A DNA stretch of 64,000 bases from Eutreptiella sp. 'Long Island Sound 2002' (lineage: Eukaryota; Protista; Euglenida): contig OZ038378.1 in assembly GCA_964036045.1 (NCBI GenBank), forward strand, positions 38,006,001-38,070,000. The letters are read 5' to 3'. The stretch's first letter is position 1, and each line of letters begins with the position of its first letter. Under the pieces are notes generated by a model. The model was not told where the DNA came from, ran no database searches, and saw nothing but the letters and a program-made list of their open reading frames with translations. Of this stretch, positions 1 through 12,710 are shown one piece after another. Made by a program: the position numbers and the translations under genes.

Positions 1-383
1 TCACTTTCCTCGAGCTGGCACTAGATTTCGAGGAATTTGCGGGGTGCATGCTGCCGGCTGCGCCACAAGCAAAATGGACGGGACACACCCTCTCTTTACA
101 CGAGCGCGCGCGTGTACTCCGCCTAGCCTTGGCCACTCTGCAAAAATTGGTGAAAACAAGGGTATGGTACCCTGTAGCCAACATGACCAAATGTGCAGCG
201 CTGATTACACTTGGGGGTCTAGCTCTCTGCGGCCTAAACAGGCGACCATATTTTGCCTGTAGGCGCCAAATGATCACTCACGGTAGCATGCTTGCACATT
301 ATTGTGAGTCCACATGGGCTACCAGCTCCCACACACGCGCATGCGCACAGACGGTACGTATATTTCGCACGCAAAACGGTTGA
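1..383 (+). pseudogene. 3' fragment of a probable non-LTR retrotransposon ORF (continues beyond window start)
   Basis: Frame is open from base 3 (TFLELALDFEEFAGCMLP...ERARVLRLAL...GLNRRPYF) to the stop at 381-383. It resembles post-RNase H C-terminal regions of protist LINEs as recalled from memory, not from a search. Confidence 0.35.
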
Positions 384-2159
384 GGAGGTAGAAGGGCCAC
401 TGCTGTGCCGGGCTCTGTGCGGGGCACTGGATACAAGCCTGATGCCAACCTCCAACCACACAAACATGGCCAAGGCGGGCTCCATCGGCACCTTTGCGAG
501 GAACATCTTTTTGGTCATGGGGGATGGCAACGTGCCACAAGCGCCGTGCACTACCACAAGGCGCAGGTAGCCAGTGGCAGGCCCAGCCCCCGCCCCCGCC
601 CCGACATGCGTCTCCGTTAATAGTACCTCGTCAATAGTAAAGAGCACACACACACACACACGCACGCCCCCAGTGGCGAATGGCTTTTGCCAACTTCGCC
701 AATACAGCCTACAGAGAAGTCCCGCTTGTGTTCTTCGCCGATACATTTCGTTTTGTCAAAAAATTTTCATGAGCTATGAATTTGTGCTCACTTCAAACTC
801 TGAGGAAACCTCAATGAGAAAATTAGCGGTGTTGGTCGCGAACAGCAAAACTCACATGCAAGCATCCATGAGCAGAGCCAAAAAGTGAGACCGGTTTGGG
901 CTAAAACAGGAAAAATCAGGCCCTCTAGCCCTCGTTGGTCTAAGCATGAAAATATGAACCGAAAGCCACAAAAGCAATTGAGAAATGCTCCCATGCTTGT
1001 TCATATCTTATTCCATGTCGCTCGCCATGCCATGACCTAACAATGTGCATGCATTCACGCCAGTGGTGTATCTTAAACAATTTTTTAGAACCAATGGAAG
1101 CTTTTTGTTCCAGTCATGGCAACACACAACACTGATAGGAATCACAAGTTACCTGGGGTGTGCAACACAGCATGCGATGGGATGTAGCAACGCTTGTTTT
1201 GGCTGCGCCTCAGCGGCACTGTACAAGAACACACGTGCCCTATTCCTCGATTCATTTAGTGTGCGCACTATGTACTTTGTGCCACCTTTTTCCTAGATAG
1301 CTTTGCGGTGGAATCACCGGAAAGTACGAAGCAGCGATTTGTTGATTTTTTTGGGTTCGGTTTGTGAATCAGCCCTCCATATTTCAGTGGTATGCATAAC
1401 ACATCGGGCTATCCACATATATTTGCGCAAAAAAATCATGAAGGTGCCCACCCTTTTACCCTTACCTTGGACTTCCGTGTCATGCACTCTGTCCTCCCAG
1501 TCCAAATCAATGGTGTGATAGTTGCGGAGTGTTTTGAGGACCCCAGCCACTAGAACGTGTCGTTGAAACGGCGTAGAAAGTATCCTTATTAAGAGTTCTT
1601 GTGTGATAACGTACCCCCCCCCCCCCAACACACACACACACACACACACACCACCCAAGGTTTGTGTGGGGTGTTGCTTAAAAAATGATAAAACGGTACA
1701 GGGTCAAAATTGCCAAAACGGCCCACACACATCTGCCGTGTGTGGGGTCGCTGCACCAACATGTGTCACCTTTCGGTTTTATTTCCATTGCATGTGTTTT
1801 TGCACCTCGTAGCCCCTACAAAGCACGGATGTCCGGCCTAGAAGTCACTAAAGGTAGGGGAGAGCACCCGTTGCTCCATCAAAAATGGTTGTAGGTCATT
1901 TTATTAGCAAAGAAGCATTTACCCTGCGTGAAGCAGCCGTTTGAATGGAAGATTCACGGTAGTGTGAATTTCACACCTTTTCTTGTGTTTTGTGCGTAAC
2001 TTGGTGCCATTGTGTGCGTTTCTCGTGCTATCTTTGCCAAAATCGTGGTACAATAAATGTGTGCAAATTTGAGGTTTTAACTTGCCACCTGGTTCAACAT
2101 ATTCGGTGGTGTTCGGTCGAATCTTAAATTCACACACCGAAATTCACAAATAGATTACC

Positions 2160-2235
2160 GCAAGATTCACACGAATCCAAGACTGTAAATTTCGTACGCA
2201 TTCGTACCAAATTCGTACAAATTTCGCACGAATTT
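2160..2235. repeat. TTCGTACGAA-core motif array (copy 1)
   Basis: ATTCGTACCAAATTCGTACAAATTTCGCACGAATTT. Inverted relative to 5568-5600 and direct relative to 7560-7597. TTCACACGAATC is the reverse complement of GATTCGTGTGAA at 5503. Confidence 0.8.
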
Positions 2236-2628
2236 ACCCCACTTTCCACTGTTTTCTCTCCTACAGCTCTCAAAGCCTTTCTTTAACGATTTGTTTGACA
2301 ATGTCCCAGCAAACTCTCTCCCAGCTTGCGTCCTTGTAGTCCTAGCCGGATGTTGCTGCCGACACCCTGGCGCAGTACCAAGCCATGCCAGTCGCCCATC
2401 ACCACATGGAGGAGGCGACCTACCAGTCCGGGGCCCTTGCAGTGGACGATGTAGTGGCCTAGGCAGCATCCCTGTACCCCACCCCCGAGGTAATTCACGT
2501 TGACCTGCGCAGCCCCTCACGCAACTCTTATGTTGTGGGGAAGGCCTAGTGCACAAATTTGTGGAGGGAACTCCGCTTTCGGTTTCCCTCCCTTCGTTTT
2601 TTGCACCTTCTCCCCCAAACTCGCCACC

Positions 2629-5050
2629 ATGGACCGATTGTTGAATGTCATGCGTACTAACCCGGTAGGGAAGCCCAAGGACGCCCACGTCCATATGTAC
2701 CCAACCACTAACCTGGTGCATACCCCCCGCCCCCCCATTGCGACATGGTGTGCCTTTAGGATCTTGCTGCACGGGCACCACCTAACCATTTTTTTTCCTT
2801 CACGTGGCACCTTGCCAACCCCTGGTGGTGGGAGGATTGGGGCATGGCCCGTTTCCATCCCACCATCCAACCAAAGGTTCATATCCGGGACATCACCCAC
2901 CCTATTTTCTACAGCACCACTTCTCTGCAATGGTTCCGGGTGTCCTCATGTGCCCCCCCCCCCTTCATTTCAAGTGAACCACCCCTCCGCACCGAACCCC
3001 TTTCCGACCCCCCCCCACCCTGGGGTGACGGGCAATCTCCTCGCTGACCCCAACAGGGTTGGCCCCTCCCAGCCGCCTCTCAACTTTGATGACGGGAATG
3101 GCTACATGGTGCTTCGTTGGGTAGCCGAAGCAAGGGATTGCGAGGTGCGTTGGGGGAAGGTGATGAGGGTGTGGGGCAGCGGCGGCGAAAAGCTGGTGGG
3201 GAAAAGTTTCAGCTGCTGTTCAACGCCGGGCGGAGTGAAGAGCATGCAAGGGATCCCAAACTCCCGTGGCGTTGGCAAAGCAAAAGCTCGCTGGGGCAGG
3301 GGTGGGGGGGGGGGCTTTTTAAGAAGGTTTCACCCCCCCTCGTGGAAAGTGTCCCTAAGGCCGGAGAGCTCCACCCAATGGAGCCGGGCAGCGTCATTGT
3401 CGCAAGTTTTGGGAGGGGGTCCCACCTCCCCCACACGGACGTTGCTGCAGGTCCTGAGGTGCTTCCCCCTTACGACAGGGACATCTCGGGGTGTCACCTA
3501 AGTAGTTTCCTCTACCTTTCGGAGGAGTACCAATTGCAGGTGCAAGCGGGGACGGCCTTGGGGGGGGCGGTGGAGGTGTGCTGGGCCACCATTCACCTGT
3601 AGAGGGGGGGCATGCTGCTGATGGTGGCCACCATCCGCCACCATGGGATGCTTGCCCTCCCCGTTGCCAAGGATGGGCTGCAAGGGGCCCGTTTTAACTT
3701 GTGGACCCCCGACGCCAAGCACCGCCGCGACCAGCCCAACACTACACACCTGGACCCCCCCCCCTTTTCGAGGCCCTAGCCCTTGCTGGGGATTTGTCCA
3801 GCTGGGATTGCCCCAGTGTTGACCAGTTGTTGTGGGTGGGGAAGGGGGCGGTTGGGAGGTTGGGGTTGTGGGAGGGGGATGCTTTCTAGGCCCTCTTCGC
3901 CGACGCCCGCGAGGCGCCCCCGGCCGCCCCCCCCCCCCCCCCCCACCTGCCCCTACCACCCCACCTTCCTCTCGCGCAGAGGGTGTCGCCCGGGCTCGAC
4001 AGGTGGCAGCGGCATCCGTGTGCCTTGTGGGAGCCGGCCGTGGAGAACCAGGGGGTGCATGCTGACCTCCGCATCCCCTTCGCATGCCTCCTTGTGATCC
4101 GGGGGGATGCTAACCTGGCCGAGGGGCATGAGCTGGTGGGCATGTTTGCCTACCGGCCGGTGAGCGGGCACTGGTGGGTGCAGACGCGCGTAGCAGGGAT
4201 TGGGGAGAAATGGACGGTGACCACTGGCGGCATCATTGCGCTGGCCCGGTCACGGGCCGTGAGAAGCGGAAGGCGGAGCGGCTGGACGTGGCATGGCTTG
4301 CCATGCGCGTCCATGTGGGGAGGATGCGGAGTAAGGGGGGGGGGGTTGACATCATTGACGTCGAGGGGGAGGAGGATGCCCCCGCCCCCCGCGCCGGCAG
4401 GCGGAAAGCCCCCCCCCCCCCCCCAGCAGACGCAGGTCCGCCCGCCTCCAAGGCCCCGCGTACAAGCACCCCCGCAGCGCGGGCGGCACGTGAGCGGACA
4501 AGGGGCGATTTGGCTAAATGGTTGGAGCAGCAGCTGCTGCAGCACAAGACGCGGCAGGTCTGCACGATCAACGCGCAGGCCGCGCAGCGCGACCTGGAGG
4601 CGCGCCTTGCTAGAGCGAATGAAGACAAGAGGGCCGCTAAGGTGGAGCGTGACGCCCTTCGCCGCGACAAGGAGCACCTCACTGTCAAGGTGAAAATCTT
4701 CCACCGGGAGGCGGCACAGCGGGCCACGACGCCGGGGGGCAGGGCACCCGGACCAACGGTGGAGGGGGAGGCCAAGGTTCCGACGGCCAATACGGGGGGG
4801 GGGGGGGGCGTCCAGGGCCGCCGGCACTTAGTTCCTCTTGGCCGGGGCGCAGGCATGGCTGTGGGCCGGGGCGCACGCACGGCATGGGGCGCACGCACGG
4901 CATGGATAGACTGAGGATGCAGCCGGAGAGATGTCGTCCGTGGCCGCGGGCCTGCGCATGGCCCTACTGCAGCGCCAGTCGCTGGTCGAGGTCGCGATGG
5001 TGCCGCCTGACCTGGCCAAGGTGATTGCTGCCCTTGACCAGCTGGTGTAG
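2629..5050 (+). pseudogene. Decayed multidomain ORF: 2OG-Fe(II) dioxygenase-like domain (~3330-3760) followed by Pro-rich and coiled-coil regions
   Basis: GCCACCATGG start at 2629 after a pyrimidine tract. HxD (HLPHTD, His at 3432), SSFLYLS strand, then IHL*RGGMLLMVATIRHHG (distal His ~3639-3644) and GARFNLW. Helical block AKWLEQQLLQHK...DLEARLARANEDKR at ~4500-4700. In-frame TAG at 3600 and several frameshifts, some at C/G runs. Confidence 0.6.
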
Positions 5051-5502
5051 CAGTAGCCCCCCCCCCCCCCCCCCACCGCCTCACGGCGGCGGAGGAGCAG
5101 AGCTCCCAGTGCTCCGCTGGCCGCTGCTTCGGCGGGGGGGGGTGTAGCTCTGTCTTTGACCTCCGGACCTCCTGTCCCATCTAATCTACACAAATGTTTT
5201 TTGTACATATTTATTTATGAATATTTGTACATACAAGTACTGCCTGCCCACACCCCCTCTTTGGCAATGCGGGGAAGGACTTGTGGGGTACCCCCCCCCC
5301 ACTTTGCAAAGTTTGCAATGGACGTGACGCCTTTTCTACTACTATTACTATTTGCACAGCTTACACTGCACTTTTCGCGTCTTGCTCTCGTGGTCCGGTG
5401 CTCAGAATCCTTGTGAACACTGAGGTTGCATTTTTCTACCGGTGAACGCAATCAGAAGCGAGCCACAGGATGTTTCATGCGAAAAACCGATCAATTAACT
5501 TA

Positions 5503-5637
5503 GATTCGTGTGAAATTCGTACGAATTTCACAGAACTTCGGTATTCACACACTTGCCGAGCACATTCGTTCGTACGAAATTGGTACGAATTTGGTACGAC
5601 TTTCACGTGAATCACCAAATTCAGTCACCTTGTGCAT
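5503..5637. repeat. TTCGTACGAA motif array (copy 2); left inverted repeat of the transposase
   Basis: Perfect 24-bp palindrome TGTGAAATTCGTACGAATTTCACA at 5509-5532. Segment 5568-5636 aligns with the reverse complement of ~7527-7593. Confidence 0.85.
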
Positions 5638-7425
5638 GGGGACGGTACAATCCTACAGGACAATCCTCTGCATTCCCACAGGCCATGGTGACGGGGCTCG
5701 TCACAAGGAGCCGTTCTATCCGGTAGCCGATCGCACGCGACGGAGGTGCCTACAAGACCTCCAGCAAGTTGTTAGCAGGGAGTTTGGTGCACCCTACACC
5801 CTCAAGTACCTAGCCGACACCGGGCAAACACTCCTTACCCTGGAGAGAAGAGGTACACGGACCGTGCAGTTTGAGCCCAACATGGAGGAGAGGTTGATTC
5901 TGGCCGCTTGGTGGATGCGGTCGTTGCACCTCTCTAGGACAGAGGCACGGTACCTTGTGGGGAGCTTGACGTACGGGGTGGTATTGGAACATGTGTACGG
6001 CATGCTTCAACAGCTAGCTTTGCCGGTGTCGTGGGTGGTCACTGCCTACACGGGAGACGACACGGCCATCTATGGCGCGGCCCGCTACCTCGCCGACCGC
6101 ATCGGGCACCTGCACAAGTGTTGACCACGCCCCCCCCTCGGACATCATGCAGCACGGGGACCGACGGCTGCATTGGTTGCCTATTGCGGTGAATGGTACA
6201 TCGAGGCATGAGGCCTCGTATGTCCATTGCATGCTTGGTGGCACCGCCGGCCCCAACCAACTATCTAGTTGGTGGCTGCTAGGGGGCAGTGAAAAGTGGG
6301 AGACCCTCTACACGGTGTGAGAAGAAATATATTTTCATGATGAATTGCGCAAGGCCACAACGGTAAGTTTTAAAGATACGGAAGGGAATGATAGGCAGTC
6401 CCTTTTTTTTTTCTGTGTGCGGATGGCGGGCTGCCAAAACCGGAAGGTAGAATCCCCCGGAGCCACGGTGTGCTGGGTGTGCATGCGCCGCCGTGCACTT
6501 TGCCTTGCTACCTTTAGCACAGCAAGTGCAATAGACGCGGACTTCATAGGGAATGGTGCCATAGGTGCTACATATAGGACCATTACAGGGGATAGGGGAG
6601 TGCCTGATTATGGCTTCCATGCGGTCCTCCGTGTCCTGTTGTGCGGCATAAACGGGACATGGGACCTAGTTGTGCCATTGATAGGTAAGGCAAGGGGCAC
6701 TGTGGCACGCACCATGCTGCAACCAATTTTAGATGAGGCACGGCTTGCTGCACGATCTTGCACCCATGCATCATTAAACAATGAGAAGGCAAACAGCAAG
6801 GGGAATGTAAGGATGGAGTGTGTTGCTACCATTTACTTCATGCGGACTAGGGGATGCGAAAAGGTAATGGATGCTTCTTGGGACACCCCAGTGTGAGGCA
6901 GCATCGAGTAGCAGGGAAAAGTTGGGAGTCGGTGTGCAAGACGTGGTGGGATAATTTTGCAAGCATGTGTGTGTTCGCTTGGCAATCCGCATGGTTCTCG
7001 GATGCCAACTTGGGGCGGCTCCGGAGACATAGCATAGCCATGGGCACTGCCCACAATGAGCTCCCGTGGGGCAAAATTCCGTGGACGCATCTTTGGATTG
7101 ACCACATGTATTTCTTTGCAAAGAAATGGAGAATTTTGTCAAACTTCTCCTGCTTTGCCACCGGAGGCCGAAGCGCATGTTGCGCAACGGCGGGGGCCTA
7201 AGCCTCCTCCGGGGAGGACTAGGGGTGCAAGTGGTTGTGGACAACCACACCATTGATGATAGCCTGGTGGCGCATGGTTGGGATGCGACCAAAATGGCAC
7301 ATCATGGGCAAGGGCCCATCAGTGTACTAAGGTACGCAAGGCGTACAAGAAGACGGCTTCTAACCGACATGCAGCACCTTCAGACCCTAGAGCGGCGGTT
7401 CCGATATCGCAAGAAACAGATATGA
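5636..7425 (+). pseudogene. Decayed Transib/RAG1-like DDE transposase
   Basis: Motifs occur in the expected order: DG..CQNRKVESPGATV-CWVC (6422-6482), PDYGFHAVLR (6603-6632), HLWIDH (7088-7105, Hx4H), then ILSNFSCFA with a GGA codon exactly 20 residues after the second His, where RAG1 has its catalytic Glu. Followed by RRPKRMLRN. Multiple stops and frameshifts. Confidence 0.6.
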
Positions 7426-7524
7426 GAATACAACACGACGCCAGACCATTGTTGAATGTGGCTAGGGTGCATGCGGGGGTGCATTGGGGGCGGGGGTACT
7501 CCGGGTGTTAGGACATATAAAGGG

Positions 7525-7599
7525 GTGCACAAGGGTAAAATTTGTATGAATTCACGTGAATTCGTACGAAATTCGTGCAAATTTCGTACGAATTCACGT
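7525..7599. repeat. TTCGTACGAA motif array (copy 3); right inverted repeat of the transposase
   Basis: Perfect 20-bp inverted arms ACGTGAATTCGTACGAAATT (7554-7573) and AATTTCGTACGAATTCACGT (7580-7599) with a 6-bp loop. About 70 bp of imperfect inverted match to 5568-5636. Confidence 0.85.
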
Positions 7600-10399
7600 C
7601 AAATCACGCCTATGAATTGGCTACAGGTCTGCCGGGTTTTGGCAGTTTTCGTTTTGGCAGCCGTTTGGGCATGGTGTATGACTTTCACTGGATGACGCGT
7701 AATGAAGCTGGGGCATGTATGTTACGCTCTCAAATCCCTCAGAAGCAACCCAAAATATGGCGCTTGCCTCAAAAGACCTCGCAATTTGGAAAACGTTCGC
7801 ACGAATACTCACACCCCATTCAAAGGGCCAATAACCCCCCGTTCACGAAGGGTACCCAGGGTTAAACTTGCCAACATGGTCCAAAAAAGCCTAGACTTAG
7901 TGGGGGGTCACTGCTCCAATCTTGCCTTTTTGTTGCTTTTGCATTCATTTTGACGCTTGTTAGCTTCTACAAAAACAGTATTATTTGGCCCGCAGCTCAC
8001 CAAAGGCAACGCATGCCACTCGCTTCATTAGTGGGTGGAAATTGCCAAAAGGGGCCGAAAAGTCCCACCTCGCAGGGGCTCGTGGGGTTCATGCCTTTGA
8101 ATATGTGTTACTATCGTCCTTTCTTTGCATGTGTTGGTGCGCGTCCTAGACCCTAGACAACAACCTCTTAAGGGGCCCTGAGTGGCCGCCCGTTTCGGAC
8201 CGCTAGTTGCATCAATTTTTGCCCTGGTGAAACGGAATTTGGAGGTGTTTTTTTTGCCACTCATATGATGTGAGATTTGGGAAACCGCCTGAAGACTCTT
8301 TTTTATTGTTAAGCGGTTGGCGCCTTAGTCTTATCCTCTCTTGTACGGCACCACTGCGTTAGAGCTATCAACCACCTTGTTCGTCTTGAATATCCCTATC
8401 CCTTGCAGAAATCAGGTAAACATGATCCAAGTGGTACATGTATGTGTTGCACAAGCCCGTCATGTCAAAACAAGAATGGCCCTTGGCTCTCTCCTTTTCT
8501 CCAATGCGTCAATGTTGCACTATTTTTCGTGCTCTTTGAAACATGTTGTGCCATTGCTCATTACTTGCAACACATCTCTTTTGTGGAGCATTTTGATATA
8601 GTGTGCAAGGTTCCTATTTCTTCTTCGCAGTCCAATGCATGCTAGGGAACGAACAATCACCAAAAGAATCACCGTTCACTAGTTGTTGCTATAAATTGCC
8701 CAATTGGGCATCTGTTTTCAATTTTTTGACAAAAAATGCGGCATGGCTTGGTATTTTCGAAAAAACAAATCTTTACACCTTGCGCATGCAATGTGCGCCG
8801 TTCCTACTTCGTCACGGCAGGGCTGCTATGTTTGCCCGCGTACATTCTTGATGGGTTGGTCATAGAAGCACAATTCACAAAAAGAACGCGATGTGGCTGA
8901 TTCTTGTTACAAAATGCCGGCAGCTCGTCGGCTGCTTTTAGTTTTTCTTTTTGCTTTCCTTAAAAGGAATTCGCCATGGCACATTTTTTCTGAAAAATTA
9001 GTTGTTGCTACCATGCACATGCAACTGCCTCCAACATTGTACCTGCGGCTCACTTGTGGCTAAGTGGAAATGTGAAGTTGGGGCTCATTTGGGGCTCACT
9101 TGTGCATTGCGATATCTTTGTGCTTGTTTGTTGTGCTTTTTGCATGCTAGGTAATGTGCATTTACTGTTTTTAGAAGTACTCACTTGGTCAAGGTCCAAA
9201 GGGGGGGGGTACTTTTTTTGGCGATGGCTCAGTTGACTGAGCGCCCGACTGAGCCGTTACCGAGCCGTCACGGAGCCGGCTCACTTAGCTCTCACTTAGC
9301 TCTCACTTAGCTCTTACTGAGCGCGCCAAATCGCTCACTGAGCGCTCACTGAGCGCTCACTGAGAGCTCATTAGGGGCTCACTCAAGGCTCACTCAGGAG
9401 TTTCTCCCCCTTTCTGCCCTCTCTTCCCACCCTTGCTGGCCCACAATTCACCCTTCTCACACCAACATTGGTCCGCAGTTCTCACCATGTCTTTTCTCCA
9501 AGAACTTGAGCGTGCATGCACACATACATACATACATACGTGCATACATGTACCTGTGGCGACAAACACACAAACATCCAAACACACACACTTCGTTAGG
9601 GACACAAATATCCAAACACATACACACACATACACCCATACACACGTCCACACACACATGCACATGCACAAATTGACAACCACATTCATTCTTGTGTGCA
9701 ATTATCTTGCGTGTACATAAACACATGGCCACATTGAACCATGTGAAGTGAAGGGCTAGGGATAGGTGGCTACGGAGTTGGGGTTCGGGGATATGAACCT
9801 AGCCATTTGCGATGGTGTTCCTTGTTGCCTCATGAAAATGGCACCCACCCATCCCATACACACACACACACCATGAAGCACAAGTAGGGCACAAAGGACA
9901 TTGCTCGCTTTTGTGAGGTTCATCATACAACCATCTTGACCTACACCATGACACATTGATCCCCCTCCCTCCTTATCCCCTCCCCTCCCCTTTCGCTATG
10001 CTGCGTTTCCCCACTTCCCTCGTGCGTAGCCCTTCTGTTCTCTTGCCTGTCCCGTCCCCTTGTCCTGCCTTTCGTATTTTTTGGCCGTGGCATCACATGC
10101 ATGATGGTGGCGGCAAGGACGATGACCTTTGCAAGTATGTTGTGCTATTATGTGTGTGGGTGTGTGTGTGCGTGCTTGCGTGCGTGTGTAGTTGTGCCCA
10201 TGCGCATGTGCGCAACTGTAGATGGTTTGTTTGTTTTTGGTTTCTCTCATTTAGTGTGTTTGTATGTCTGCTTGTGTGTGTGAGGGGGGGGGGGGGGTTG
10301 CATGGATCGATGTGTGGCTGAAGGTGTTCTTGTGCGTGGGTATTTGTGAGTGTTTGACTGCATTCTTTGGTTTTTGGTTGCCTAGGTTCGTGTGTGTAT

Positions 10400-10790
10400 G
10401 TGGATTCGTGAATGTGTGTACGCGCAGGTGTGTGTGTGTGTGTGTGTGTGTGTGTTGTAGTTGTTGTTTTGGATGTTGTTGTTGGTTTTGGTGTTGTGTG
10501 GCATAGGCTTTGATTGTGTGCGCATAACATTGTCTTTGTGGCTGCAGATGCAGGTATGGTTGTGTTTGTAGTTGTGGCTGTGGTTGTGGGCTTGCGTGCG
10601 GTTGTTGCTATGGCCGTTGTGGTAGCTCTCGTTGTGGGTGTGGTTATGGTAGTTGCTGTGGTTGTGGCTGTGGGTGTGGCTGTGGGTGTGGGTGTGGGTG
10701 TGGGTGTGGCTGTGGGTGTGGCTGTGGGTGTGGGTGTGGGTTTGGGTGTGGGTGTGGGTGTGGGTGTGGGCGTGTTTCTGTGTTGTGTGT
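10400..10790. repeat. (GT)n and GTGTGG microsatellite tracts
   Basis: Visible GT runs at ~10428-10453 and GTGTGG/GTGGCT hexamers at ~10670-10770. Mirrored as CA/CACCCA tracts at 12385-12720. Confidence 0.9.
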
Positions 10791-10984
10791 GGATTTGGTT
10801 GTTGTTGTGTCAGGGTGTGTGGCCCTGGCTGTGGCGAAGGCTGCAGTTGCAGCTTTCACTGTGGCTGCAGCTGTTCTTTGTGTTCTGGCTGTAGCTGTGG
10901 GGGGGGGGGGGGGGTTAAAGGACTGCAAAGAGGGGGGCTCAAATTACCATCCACCCCCTCTCAAAAGAAACCGCACCAAGTTTA

Positions 10985-12180
10985 GAGTGACAGTGTACAA
11001 TGACAGTGTACAGTGAGAGCATACGGTGAGTGTAGAGTGACAGTGTAGAGTGCTAGTATAGAGACTTGGGCGTTGTGGCGGACGTACTGTGTGTGGGGAT
11101 ACATTCTATGAGACCGTGGGGAGTACAGTGTACAGAGTACAGTGTACACTGCACAGTGTACAGTGACAATGTACGGTGACAGTGTATAGTGACAGTGTGC
11201 AGTGGCAGTGTGCAGTGGCAGTGGCAGCGTACAGTGCCAGAATACAGCGTACCATGTACAGTGACAGTAGTCAGTGACAGCATTGACAGTGTACATGGAC
11301 AGTGTACAGGGACAGTGCACATGGACATTGTACAGTGACAGTGAACCATGAGTGAGCCCTCACTGAGCGCTCACTGAGCCATTGGGCGCGCTCAGTGAGC
11401 GCTCACTGCACCATTTGGCGCGCTCACTGAGCGCTCACTGAGCGCGCGAAACGGCGCAGTGAGCGCTAAGTGAGCGCCTCAAATGGCTCAGTGAGCGCTC
11501 AGTGAGGGCTCACTCATGGTTCACTGTCACTTTACACTGTCACTGCACACTCTGTATTGCACATTGCACACTGCATACTGTGTATTGCACTCCACGCTGC
11601 ACACCGTGTCTTACAAATTGCACACTGCACACCGTAATGCACACTGCACACTGCACACTGTGTATTGCACACTGCACACTGAGCGCCCGAACGCTTGCAC
11701 TGTACAGTGTGCAGTGTGCATGACACAGTGTGCAGTGTGCAGTACACAGTGTGTAGTGCGCAGTGTACAGTGTACAGAGGGCTCACTCATGGTTCACTGT
11801 CACTGTACACTGTCACTGTACACTGTACACTGTACACCGTCGATGTACGCTGTCAATGCAGTCACTGTCTACTGTCGCTGTACATGATATACTGTATTCT
11901 GGCACTGTACGCTGTCACCGCACACTGCACACTGCCACTGCACACTGTCACTATACACTGTCACTGTACATTGTCACTGTACAAGGCACACTGTACTCTG
12001 TACACTGTACTCCCCAAGGTCTCATAGAATGTATCCCCACACACAGTACGTCCGCCACAACGCCCAAGTGTCTATACTAGCACTCTACACTGTCACTCTA
12101 CACTCATTGTATGCTCTCACTGTAGACTGTCATTGTACACTGTCACTGTACACTGCCACTGTACACTGTCACTGTAAACT
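10985..12180. repeat. Degenerate 7-mer satellite (TACAGTG left of centre, CACTGTA/CACTGCA right of centre)
   Basis: Dozens of ACAGTGT/GCAGTG units at 10985-11345 and their complements at 11520-12180, with polarity switching at the foldback centre. Confidence 0.85.
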
Positions 12181-12670
12181 TGGTGCGGTCTTTTTGGGAG
12201 GGGTTGGATGGTAATTTGAGCCCCCCTCTTTGCAGTCCTTTAACCCCCCCCCCCCCCACAGCTACAGCCAGAACCCAAGGAACAGCTGCAGCCGCAGTGA
12301 AAGCTGCAACTGCAGCCTTCGCCACAGCCAGGGCCACACACCCTGACGCAACAACAACCAAATCCACACACAACACAACTTGCAAAAACACACCCACACC
12401 CACACCCTCAACCAAAGCCGCAACCACAGCCACTACCATAACCACACCCACAACGAGAGCTACCACAACAGCCATGGCAACAACCTCACTCAAGCCCAGA
12501 ACCACAGCCACAAACACAAACACAACCATACCTCCATCTACAGCCACAAACACAATGTTATGCGCACACAATCAACGCCGATGCCACACAGCACCAAAAC
12601 CAACAACAGCATCCAAAACAACAGCTGCAAAAGCTGCAACACACACACACACACACACACACACACATTG

Positions 12671-12710
<40 letters not shown>

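Noticed and set aside
7700-8900. Minus-strand coding remnant
   Set aside because: Protein-like stretches are visible, but they are heavily interrupted and carry no recognisable motif.
11640-11760. RSS-like heptamers CACAGTG/CACTGTG near a RAG-like gene
   Set aside because: They arise as variants of the CACTGYA 7-mer satellite. No nonamer at 12/23 spacing was seen, and they are not at the transposase ends.
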